NCBI GenBank assembly: GCA_965248675.1
Contig: CBDFJZ010000008.1
Coordinates: 774,855 to 838,854 of the forward strand
Source of the DNA: Dehalococcoidia bacterium
GTDB taxonomy: Bacteria; Chloroflexota; Dehalococcoidia; UBA2979
Length of the DNA stretch: 64,000 bases
Direction of reading: 5' to 3'
A program made the translations under genes and the position numbers. Below, in pieces: positions 47,299 to 55,063 of the stretch. Numbering within the stretch: the first letter of the stretch is position 1; each line of letters opens with the position of its first letter. The notes below the pieces were generated by a model, which saw nothing but the letters and a program-made list of their open reading frames with translations, ran no database searches and was not told the origin of the DNA.

Positions 47299-48159
47299 AT
47301 GACGGAAGAGATTTCGGCGACTGACAACTACGAGCGCAAGCGAGTGGCGGTGCTCGACTCGGAGCTCGCGTACGTCGACGTCGGGAGCTGCGATTCGATC
47401 GTGTTCCTCCACGGCAACCCGACCTCCTCGTACCTGTGGCGCAACGTCATCCCGCACGTGGAATCGATGGGGCGCTGTCTGGCGCCGGACCTGATCGGGA
47501 TGGGGGAGTCCGGGAAGGAACCGAACGGCTCCTACCGCTTCGCTGACCACATCCGCTACATCGACGCCTGGCTGGACGCGGTCGACGTGGGCGACCGCGT
47601 GACCTTCGTGATCCACGACTGGGGATCGTCGATCGGCTTCCACTGGGCCTACCGACACCCCGATCGGGTGAAGGGCATCGCCTACATGGAGGCGATTCTC
47701 ATGTCGATGGGCGAGGAGCCGCCGCCCGAGTCGATCTTCGCGCTCTCGCGCACGCCCGAAGGCGAACAGAAAATCCTCGAGGAGAACTGCTTCGTCGAGC
47801 AGATCCTCGGGAACACCGTGCAGTCGGAGGAGGCGATGGAGGTCTACCGGCGCCCGTACCGCGAACCGGGGGCCTCGCGGATGCCGACCTTGCAGTGGCC
47901 GCGGGAGATCCCGTTCGCGAGCGGCCCGGCGGACAACGTCGCGCTGATCGAGGAGTACAAGGCCTGGCTGGCAGCCTCGGACGTACCGAAGCTGTTCGTG
48001 AATGGAGAGCCGGGCGCCATCTTGACCGGTGACCGGCGGGAGTTCGTGCGGTCGTTGCCGAATCAGACCGAGGTCACCGTCGAGGGCCGGCACTACATCC
48101 AGGAGGAGTCGCCCGACGCGATCGGGCGCGCACTCGCGGAGTGGTACCAGGGACTCTAA
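47299..48159 (+). CDS. haloalkane dehalogenase, HLD-II subfamily (DhaA/LinB-like)
   Basis: 286 aa from ATG 47299. It has HGNPTSSYLWRNVIPH (halide-binding Asn), VIHDWGSSIGF (Asp nucleophile plus Trp), IAYMEA (catalytic Glu position) and GRHYIQEESP (His). Confidence 0.9.
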   Translation: MTEEISATDNYERKRVAVLDSELAYVDVGSCDSIVFLHGNPTSSYLWRNVIPHVESMGRCLAPDLIGMGESGKEPNGSYRFADHIRYIDAWLDAVDVGDRVTFVIHDWGSSIGFHWAYRHPDRVKGIAYMEAILMSMGEEPPPESIFALSRTPEGEQKILEENCFVEQILGNTVQSEEAMEVYRRPYREPGASRMPTLQWPREIPFASGPADNVALIEEYKAWLAASDVPKLFVNGEPGAILTGDRREFVRSLPNQTEVTVEGRHYIQEESPDAIGRALAEWYQGL

Positions 48160-48232
48160 GCGCCGTCGCCCGCGCTCGGCAGACGCCGCACGGCTCCGGC
48201 TAGACTGACATCACCCAGCGGAGGGAGCTCCG

Positions 48233-48871
48233 ATGACGAAAGTGCGCGACCTCAACCAGCTCCTCGATGTGGCGGCTCGCCTGTTCGGCGAGCTGGGGTA
48301 CGAAGCGACGACGCTCGAACAAATCGCCCAGGAGCTGGGCATCCTGAAAGGCAGCCTCTACCACTACATCTCGAGCAAGGCAGAGCTGCACGAGCTGGTG
48401 ACTCGCCGACGAGCCGAGCAGCTGCTGGCCGAGGTCGAGGCGATCGCCGGCCTCGATCTTCCCGCCGACGACAAGCTCCGCCGCGCGCTGCGCGCGCACC
48501 TCGGGACGATCGACGAGTTCTACCCCGAGTCCTCGCAGTGGTTCGTCGAACCGGCGCCACCGAAGCGTGAGCCCGAGACCGAGCCGCTGGAGGCCAGGGG
48601 CGGGATAAACCGGAGCTACGAGCGGATCATTGGCCGGATTCTCACCGACGGGATCGCGGAAGGCGTATTCCGCGCCGACCTGGACACGCAGGTCGCGACG
48701 CTCGCCGTCCTCGGGAGCTGCAACTGGCTGACACGCTGGTACCAGCGCGGAGGCAGGCTCTCGATCGACGAGATCGGCGACACGGTGATCGCCATCGCGC
48801 TCGACGGCCTGATGGCGTCCGCCGCCGAGCGTGCCGGGAGCCGTCGATCGACCGTGCCGGCCAGAGTCTAG
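48233..48871 (+). CDS. TetR-family transcriptional regulator
   Basis: 212 aa. The N-terminal HTH is LFGELGYEATTLEQIAQELGILKGSLYHYISSKAEL. Confidence 0.85.
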   Translation: MTKVRDLNQLLDVAARLFGELGYEATTLEQIAQELGILKGSLYHYISSKAELHELVTRRRAEQLLAEVEAIAGLDLPADDKLRRALRAHLGTIDEFYPESSQWFVEPAPPKREPETEPLEARGGINRSYERIIGRILTDGIAEGVFRADLDTQVATLAVLGSCNWLTRWYQRGGRLSIDEIGDTVIAIALDGLMASAAERAGSRRSTVPARV

Positions 48872-49056
48872 CGGCGAGGAGCAGCGCGGGTGCCGGGACG
48901 GACCGGGATCGCCGATTCGACCGGCCGGCGCACGCGAATTGCGGGGCGGCCGGCGGGACTGCTAGTGTCACGACGCTCAGGAAAACAAACGCGATTCGAA
49001 AGCCGCCGCGAGCAGACGAACGCTGTGTGCGCCAACCGACCATGAGTCTGACCGCC

Positions 49057-49072
49057 GCGTCAGACGTGACGC
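49057..49072. promoter_or_regulatory. palindrome GCGTCA-GACG-TGACGC immediately upstream of the acyl-CoA dehydrogenase start (candidate operator)
   Basis: 6-bp inverted arms with a 4-nt spacer, 18 nt before ATG 49090 and downstream of the TetR gene. Confidence 0.25.
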
Positions 49073-49089
49073 AGGGACTGGGGCGAACC

Positions 49090-50265
49090 ATGGATTTCCG
49101 ATTCACCGACGAGCAAGAGGGATTCCGCGACGACGTGAAGAGTTTCATCGAGGAGCACGCGCCGGAGGGGCGGATCGGCGGCGGCGACGAGGAGGCCAAC
49201 GCCGCGGTACACGAGCAGGTGCTGGGGTTCCAGAAGGCGCTCGCCGAGCGGCGCTGGCTGACGCTGGCCTGGCCGAAGGAGATCGGCGGCCTGGAGACAT
49301 CGCACTGGCAGCAGATGGTGCTGAACGAGGAAATGGCGTACCAGGGCGCGCCTTCGAGCCAGAACATGGGCACGATGTGGGTCGGGCCGGCGTTGATGCT
49401 CGTTGGCTCGGATGAGCAGAAGGAGACGCACCTCAATCGCATCGCGGACGCCGCAGATGACTCGTGGTGGTGCACGCTCTACTCGGAGCCAGGCGCGGGG
49501 AGTGACCTGGCGTCGCTGCAGACGCGGGCCACGCAAGACGGCGACGAGTTCGTCGTGAACGGGCAGAAGATCTGGACCTCGGGCGCCCACCGCGCGAACT
49601 GGGGCTGGCTGGCCGCCCGCACCGACCCCGACGCGCCGAAGCACCGCGGAATCTCGATGTTCCTGCTGGACATGGCATCGCCGGGCGTTGAGGTGCGGCC
49701 GTTAGTGAACATGGTGGACGACCACTCGTTCAATGAGGTCTATTTCGAGGACGTGCGCGTCCCGGCGCGGAACCTGGTCGGCGAGCGCGACCGCGGCTGG
49801 TACCACCTGGCAGTGGCGCTGGACTTCGAGCGCTCCAGCATCGCGGGCTTCTCGGGCAGCCGGCGGGTCGTCGAGGAGCAGATGGCGTACGCCATGGAAC
49901 ACACCGAGGACCTCGAGCGCACGCCGCTCGTGCGGCTGGAGTTTGGCGACCGCCTCACGGAGGTCGAGGTCGGCACGAACCTCGCGTACCGGATCGTCCA
50001 CTTGCAGACCGGCGGGATCATCGCGAACTACGAGGCGTCCGCGGCGAAGCTGTTCTCCTCGGAGCTGACACAGCGCATCGCGGCGACGGGGATGAGCATG
50101 CTCGGGCTGTACGGACAGCTCAGCACGCCGCAGGAGCACGCACGCCTCGATGGTGACGTCGGGAAGTCGTACGTGCAGAGCGTCGCATCGACGATCGGCG
50201 GCGGCACCTCGGAAGTGCAACGGAACATCATCGCGACGCGGGGGCTTGGCTTGCCGCGGGGTTAG
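49090..50265 (+). CDS. acyl-CoA dehydrogenase (FadE-type)
   Basis: Start ATG 49090 (MDFRFTDEQEGFRDDV). It has WWCTLYSEPGAGSDLASL and the C-terminal IGGGTSEVQRNIIATRGLGLPRG. It is a paralogue of 23615-24829. Confidence 0.9.
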   Translation: MDFRFTDEQEGFRDDVKSFIEEHAPEGRIGGGDEEANAAVHEQVLGFQKALAERRWLTLAWPKEIGGLETSHWQQMVLNEEMAYQGAPSSQNMGTMWVGPALMLVGSDEQKETHLNRIADAADDSWWCTLYSEPGAGSDLASLQTRATQDGDEFVVNGQKIWTSGAHRANWGWLAARTDPDAPKHRGISMFLLDMASPGVEVRPLVNMVDDHSFNEVYFEDVRVPARNLVGERDRGWYHLAVALDFERSSIAGFSGSRRVVEEQMAYAMEHTEDLERTPLVRLEFGDRLTEVEVGTNLAYRIVHLQTGGIIANYEASAAKLFSSELTQRIAATGMSMLGLYGQLSTPQEHARLDGDVGKSYVQSVASTIGGGTSEVQRNIIATRGLGLPRG

Positions 50266-50363
50266 ACGATGGCGCCGTGCGGAACGGCGCTGGCGGTTGA
50301 GCGACAGGTCAGTAGTATCGAGCGCCGCGGCCACAACACGGCTGCGTAGGTGGGAGTGCAGCA

Positions 50364-51542
50364 GTGAGCGAACGAACGATCCGCGGCAAGACCGCGGTCG
50401 TGGGGGTTGGGGAGACGACGTATTACAAGCGGGCGCAAGCGCCGGATCCTGAATTTAAGATGGGGCTCGAGGCGGTGCTGCTGGCGGCGGAGGATGCAGG
50501 CATCGACGTCCGTGAGATCGACGGTTTTGCGTCGTACTCCAATGACCGGAACTCCCCGGAGCGGATCGCCAGCGCGCTTGGGATCCCGCATTACGGCTTC
50601 AGCAACATGTTCTGGGGCGGCGGCGGCGGCGGTGGGTCGGGAGCGATGGCGAACGCCGTCGCGGCGATCAGCGCCGGCTACTCGGATGTGGTGGTCGTGT
50701 ACCGGGCGCTGGCGCAGGGGCAGTTCGGGCGCTTCGGCCAGGGCGCGGCGATCCCGAAGGCGGCGGGAGCGATGGCGTTCACGGCGCCCTACGGGCTGAT
50801 GTCGCCGGCCCAGTCGTTCGCGATGCGCGTGCGGCGCTTCATGCACGAACACGGCGTAGAGCAAGAGGTGCTGCGAGCGATCTCGTTGACCAGCTACGCG
50901 CACGCGCAGAACAACCCGCGCGCGGTGATGCAGGGGCGCGAGCTGACCGAGGAGATCTACGAGGACTCGCGCTGGATCGTGGAGCCGTTCCACCTCTTCG
51001 ACTGCTGCATGGAGAACGACGGCGCGGCGGCGGTGATCGTCACCTCGGCGGAGCGTGCCAAGGATCTGAAGCAGAAGCCAGCGTATATCCTGTCGACGGC
51101 GCAGGGCTCCTTCCTACGGCAGGGCGCCTCGGCGCACAACGCACCCGACTACGCGACGTCCAACTTCAAGACGGTCGCCCCGAAGCTCTACGAGATGGCC
51201 GGGGTCGGGCCGAAGGACGTGGACGTCCTGCAGAGCTACGAGAACTTCACCGGCGGCGTGCTGATGAGCATGGTCGAGCACGGGTTCTGCGAGCCGGACG
51301 AGTGCAACGAGTTCTTCACGACGGATAACTTCCGCGCGCCGGACGGCAAGCTGCCGCTCAACACGAGCGGCGGCAACCTGGCGGAGTGCTACATGCACGG
51401 CCTGGAGCTGATCACCGAGGCGGTGAAACAGATCCGCGGCACCTCGCCGAACCAGGTCCCGGAGGTCGACGTTTCGATGATCACGTCCGGGCCGATGGTG
51501 CAGCCCGTGTCGTCGATGATCCTCGCGAACGAGCCGAGCTAA
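50364..51542 (+). CDS. thiolase-fold lipid-transfer (SCP-x/Ltp-type) protein lacking the nucleophilic Cys
   Basis: 392 aa with a GTG start. It has AVVGVGETTYYKR and the C-terminal NTSGGNLAECYMHGL. At the position of the thiolase C-x-S-G motif it reads WGGGGGGGSGAMANAVAAI. Confidence 0.85.
   Translation: MSERTIRGKTAVVGVGETTYYKRAQAPDPEFKMGLEAVLLAAEDAGIDVREIDGFASYSNDRNSPERIASALGIPHYGFSNMFWGGGGGGGSGAMANAVAAISAGYSDVVVVYRALAQGQFGRFGQGAAIPKAAGAMAFTAPYGLMSPAQSFAMRVRRFMHEHGVEQEVLRAISLTSYAHAQNNPRAVMQGRELTEEIYEDSRWIVEPFHLFDCCMENDGAAAVIVTSAERAKDLKQKPAYILSTAQGSFLRQGASAHNAPDYATSNFKTVAPKLYEMAGVGPKDVDVLQSYENFTGGVLMSMVEHGFCEPDECNEFFTTDNFRAPDGKLPLNTSGGNLAECYMHGLELITEAVKQIRGTSPNQVPEVDVSMITSGPMVQPVSSMILANEPS
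50616..50636 (+). repeat. (GGC)5-GGT-GGG codon run encoding a Gly7 tract
   Basis: ggcggcggcggcggcggtggg read directly. It occupies the expected active-site Cys position of the thiolase fold. Confidence 0.9.
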
Positions 51543-51565
51543 CCCTTCGATTTGGGGGCGATCTG

Positions 51566-52036
51566 ATGACGACTGAGACGAAGACCGAGCAGAAGTACGC
51601 CCTGCCGGAAGGTCTGCCGGCTCCGGCACCAGACATCGATGGCCTCGGTGCGGAGTTCTGGGAGGCGACGAAGCGCCACGAGCTGCTGGTGCAACGCTGC
51701 CAGGATTGCCAGAACTGGCAGTGGGGACCGGAGCACATCTGCTTCGAGTGCCACTCGTGGAACCTCGATTACGAGCAGGTGGATCCCACCGGCGTGGTCT
51801 ACAGCTGGGAGCGAGTCTGGTACCCGGTACACCCGGCCCTCGCGACAGGCCTGCCGTACATGACGGTGCTGGTCGAGCTGCCCCAGGCCGGCAACGTGCG
51901 GATGGTCGGCAACCTCGTCGGCCAGGACCCCGAGGCACCAATCGAGATCGGCCAGACGGTGGAAGCGGTCTTCGAGGACCACGGCGAAGGCGAAGACGCC
52001 TACGCCCTCGTCCAGTGGGCCCCCTTCGGGGGCTGA
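51566..52036 (+). CDS. DUF35 protein (Zn-ribbon plus OB-fold, acyl-CoA-associated)
   Basis: 156 aa from ATG 51566. It has the Zn-ribbon CQDCQNWQWGPEHICFECHS, followed by an OB-fold segment (GVVYSWERVWYP...MTVLVEL...VRMVGNL). Confidence 0.85.
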   Translation: MTTETKTEQKYALPEGLPAPAPDIDGLGAEFWEATKRHELLVQRCQDCQNWQWGPEHICFECHSWNLDYEQVDPTGVVYSWERVWYPVHPALATGLPYMTVLVELPQAGNVRMVGNLVGQDPEAPIEIGQTVEAVFEDHGEGEDAYALVQWAPFGG

Positions 52037-52224
52037 CCCCCTTCGGGGGTTGACGACGCTTCGCGCCTCCTTGCGAGGCCCCTGCGAGAACAAGACGGTC
52101 CCGTCGCGTGAGGGCCGGGGCCCCTTCGGGGCTCTTCTGACGCTTCGCGCGTCGCAACCACGCTTCGAGGCCCCTTCGGGGCTCTTCCGCCGCTTCGCGC
52201 CTCGTAACCAACCACGCTTCGAGG
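52019..52224. repeat. cluster of hairpin repeats (REP-like): CCCC-TTCG-GGGG hairpins plus ACGCTTCGCGCSTC core, including two tandem ~52-bp units
   Basis: Units at 52119-52169 (ggccccttcggggctcttctgacgcttcgcgcgtcgcaaccacgcttcgag) and 52170-52224 (gccccttcggggctcttccgccgcttcgcgcctcgtaaccaaccacgcttcgagg). Partial copies lie at 52019-52080. Confidence 0.65.
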
Positions 52225-52395
52225 ACGGGCTCGATGGGCTCTTCGCGTGGGCGGCGGGCAGGAGACGGGCCGGTGCTGGCCGTCGGGCGATCCGAGGTAT
52301 GTCCGCCGGTCAGTGGATACGCCTAGGTCGTGAGGGTAGACACGACGGGGGAAGTCCCCCAGGTCCGACTATCGGATCTGGTCGAACGTTTAGTG

Positions 52396-53112
52396 ATGGA
52401 ACACGTGCGGCCGCTCGTTCGAGGCTCGAACTACGCGTGGCTGATCGGCGCGCTTTCGCTGCTGGTGGCCGCCTGCGGCGGTTCCATCGCTGACGCGCCG
52501 TCGGCGAGGGCGACCGAGGCAGCCGCCCCGACGAGCGCCGCGACATCGGAAGTTTTCTCGTTCCGCTATGAGCTCGTGATCGAGCTGACGGGCGGATCGA
52601 GCCCGTTCGCGTTCGAGCAACGCGGCGAGGTGGTGCTGCCGGATCGCGAGCACGCGACGCAGAGCTACGAGGTGTCCTGGCTGAGCCAGGAGACCGAGCG
52701 CGTCGCGATCGGCGAGCAGGTGTGGCTGCGCGGCGACCTGCCATGGGTTGACCTGGGAGCATCGCCGCTGGGGGTGATCGGGCGAGGCGGCGCGAGCGGC
52801 GCGGCCTTCGACGGGATGACCGGCAGCGGCGAAGACCTCGGGGGACACGCGACGACGAGGTACGAGCTGAGCGGTGACGCGTTCGTGCTGCTAGCGGGCG
52901 CGCCGGGCGGCGCATTCGACGAGTCAACGACGGTGACGATCTGGGTCTCCGACGAGTACGGCGTGCCGCTGCAGATGCAGATGAGCGCCGCGAACGCCGA
53001 TGGCGAGCTGTCGTTGTCGCTGCGCGTGACGGACATCAACGCCGCCGACATCGCGGTCAGCCGCCCGGCCTCGGCGCAGACGGCGAACCTCGAGAGCGAG
53101 GCTCAACGATGA
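52396..53112 (+). CDS. predicted lipoprotein of unknown function
   Basis: From ATG 52396: MEHVRPLVRGSNYAWLIGALSLLVAACGG. This is a signal peptide with lipobox VAAC. The mature part is beta-rich. The start is uncertain (the track ORF begins at 52330). Confidence 0.55.
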   Translation: MEHVRPLVRGSNYAWLIGALSLLVAACGGSIADAPSARATEAAAPTSAATSEVFSFRYELVIELTGGSSPFAFEQRGEVVLPDREHATQSYEVSWLSQETERVAIGEQVWLRGDLPWVDLGASPLGVIGRGGASGAAFDGMTGSGEDLGGHATTRYELSGDAFVLLAGAPGGAFDESTTVTIWVSDEYGVPLQMQMSAANADGELSLSLRVTDINAADIAVSRPASAQTANLESEAQR

Positions 53113-53651
53113 CGCGCACCGGACTGGCGATCATGCTCGCCGTGTCGCTCGTGGCGCTGTTCACGACGGTGACCTCGGCGCGAGCGGACGAGCACGACGA
53201 CGCGGAGGTCGAGTGCGTGGTCGCGGGTGCGACGGTGATCGAGTGCGACGACGAGGGTATCACCGAGGACCACGGCGAGAACTGCGACGTGATCCACTAC
53301 CACGGCGACCTGAACGGCGCGGGCGACCCCGACGAGTACGGCTGCGGTCATGGTGAAGTGACCGAGCAGCCCGTCGCCTCGGAAGAGGAGGACAGCGGTT
53401 ATTGGGAGTCGTTCACCGATTGGGCAGACGCGCTCTTCCAGGGGATCAGCGGTGGCTTCTCGCCGAAGAACGTCAGTGAGTCGGTGGATATCGTTGAAGA
53501 GGCGTCCGAAGGCATCGCGGAGAATATCGAGAACGTCGAGGAGTACTTCGAAACCTACGAAGACGCGCCTGACCGAGACCGATACACGCTCGAAAACGAG
53601 GGCGGCGACCACGGCTGGCTCTACAACGCCTTCTGGGGCCTCTTCGAATAA
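53109..53651 (+). CDS. secreted, highly acidic Cys/His-containing protein of unknown function
   Basis: 180 aa. The ATG overlaps the upstream stop (ATGA) and GAGG lies 9 nt upstream. The signal peptide is MTRTGLAIMLAVSLVALFTTVTSARA. The mature protein is D/E-rich with CVVAGATVIEC...CDVIHYHGD...CGHGE. Confidence 0.5.
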   Translation: MTRTGLAIMLAVSLVALFTTVTSARADEHDDAEVECVVAGATVIECDDEGITEDHGENCDVIHYHGDLNGAGDPDEYGCGHGEVTEQPVASEEEDSGYWESFTDWADALFQGISGGFSPKNVSESVDIVEEASEGIAENIENVEEYFETYEDAPDRDRYTLENEGGDHGWLYNAFWGLFE

Positions 53652-53654
53652 TCT

Positions 53655-53762
53655 TGCCTGACGCTTCGCGCCTCTTCGTGAGGCGCCGGCACTGAAAGGC
53701 GGCAGCCCGGCCGCGCGAGCGGCCCCCTCGGGGGCTCTCGACGCTTCGCGCCTCGTAGAGGG
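53655..53762. repeat. second cluster of the same hairpin repeat family
   Basis: tgacgcttcgcgcctcttcgtgaggcgc (53659-53686) and ggccccctcgggggctctcgacgcttcgcgcctcgtagagg (53721-53761) match the units at 52119-52224. Confidence 0.6.
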
Positions 53763-53836
53763 GACTCGGTGCGATAGTCGATGGCTCCGTCGCGTTGGCG
53801 GCCTAGCCGTCGTTGGCCTGGTGGCGCCGTCAGGGG

Positions 53837-54082
53837 TCAGCGGCCGAGGAAGTCGGTCTCACGTTTCTCGGAGAACGCTCGCATGCCCTCGATGGAGTCG
53901 CGCGAGGGGCCGGCGATCGGGTTCGCCGCTTCGGACCATTGCATGGCGCAGTCGAAGTCGAGGGTGGAGATGCGGAGCGCGAGCGTGTTGCAGAGCTTCT
54001 GGGCGATTGGCGGGCGGGCCTCGACCTCGAGGGCGAGCTCCACCGTCTTGGCCTCGAGCTCCTCAGGGGCGACGAGGTAGTG
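53837..54082 (-). pseudogene. C-terminal ~80-codon remnant of an enoyl-CoA hydratase (crotonase) gene
   Basis: HYLVAPEELEAKTVELALEVEARPPIAQKL...SRDSIEGMRAFSEKRETDFLGR matches crotonase C-termini (compare 37558-38436: EGPTAFSEKRKPNF). Homology begins within a few nt of the antitoxin stop codon. Confidence 0.6.
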
Positions 54083-54083
54083 G

Positions 54084-54404
54084 CTATTCCTTCGCGGCAC
54101 CCGCCCTGGCCCGTTCCTTCACTAGGCGGACTTCGAGCCGGTACCCGAGGGCCTTCGCGACCTCCTGGGCGGTCTCGAGGCGCGGGGTGTGCTCGCCCGA
54201 CTCCATGCGCGTGATCACGTTCTTTGAGACGCCGACGCGCTCGCCGAGCTCGCGCTGGGTGAGTTTCGCGCGCTTCCTGGCGCGGATCAGCTGGCGCACG
54301 AGGTCGAACCGCGGCCCGAGTCGTTCGTACTCGCGCTGCAGCTCCGGATCGTGCTCTCTCAATTCGCGCAAATGGTCCCGCGCTCTGGTTCCGATCTTCG
54401 CCAT
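54084..54404 (-). CDS. XRE-family HTH antitoxin (HigA-like)
   Basis: 106 aa. The HTH is LTQRELGERVGVSKNVITRMESGEHTPRLETAQEVAKALG. It lies 42 nt downstream of the toxin gene. Confidence 0.75.
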   Translation of the reverse strand: MAKIGTRARDHLRELREHDPELQREYERLGPRFDLVRQLIRARKRAKLTQRELGERVGVSKNVITRMESGEHTPRLETAQEVAKALGYRLEVRLVKERARAGAAKE

Positions 54405-54446
54405 CGGTCTAGCTCTCTCTCGCTGGCGTTCTAGGCACTCTGATCG

Positions 54447-54788
54447 CTATCTGAGCGACAACAGCCGCCTGATGGCGGTGGCTCCCTCCTTTCGATCCAG
54501 TTTCTGGGTGCGCTTTCTCCACGCGTGCAGCAACACCACCAGGCCGTCGACTTCGGCGTATGCGCAGCGGTGGTCACCGAATCGCAGCTCCCAGAGCCGC
54601 TCGCGCCGGTTGATGATCCGGTCGTGCGGCATCCCGAGCGGCACGCCCTCGCTCTCCATTAGGTCGAGGAGGCGGTCGAAGGTCGCGACCACGGACCGCT
54701 CGCCCGCTGCCTCCACGGCATCGACGTACAGCCGCACCGGCTCACGATCTCGACCATCGACGAAGTAGTGAACCAGCATCGCCGTCAT
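54447..54788 (-). CDS. RelE/ParE-superfamily toxin (HigB / Gp49-like)
   Basis: From ATG 54788: MTAMLVHYFVDG...RLWELRFGDHRCAYAEVDGLVVLLHAWRKRTQKLDRKE, which is the Gp49/HigB pattern. The toxin-first gene order is typical of hig-type modules. Confidence 0.7.
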   Translation of the reverse strand: MTAMLVHYFVDGRDREPVRLYVDAVEAAGERSVVATFDRLLDLMESEGVPLGMPHDRIINRRERLWELRFGDHRCAYAEVDGLVVLLHAWRKRTQKLDRKEGATAIRRLLSLR

Positions 54789-54796
54789 GCCTAACA

Positions 54797-54847
54797 GGTA
54801 GCACACATGCTACCACATCGCAACTTACGGGTAGCACGATTGATACC
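54797..54847. promoter_or_regulatory. candidate TA operator: GGTAGCA-CACA-TGCTACC palindrome plus a second GGTAGCAC half-site
   Basis: The palindrome lies at 54797-54814, directly upstream of the toxin start. GGGTAGCACGATTGATACC at 54829-54847 repeats the GGTAGCAC motif. Confidence 0.4.
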
Positions 54848-55063
54848 GGTGAACGCTACGCCGAGTGCTCGTGGGTGGGGTTCTTTACGCCCTCGCTCTC
54901 GGGGCGACCCGGAAGGCGGCCATAGGTACCGCTGGACGGTCTGGAGACACGAATTGTCGGACCGCGTATGCGAATCCGCCGGTGCGTGGGTTCTGCCGTG
55001 AAACCTGCGGACGGGTCTCAGCGACCGCGCCCGGTGCGCTCGACGCTGCTGTGGCCTCGGGAG

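Noticed and set aside
52050-52493. 147-aa ORF spanning the hairpin-repeat cluster
   Set aside because: It is composed of translated repeat units (PFGAL..LRAS) with no start context. It is better explained as non-coding REP-like DNA, and the lipoprotein start downstream is independent.
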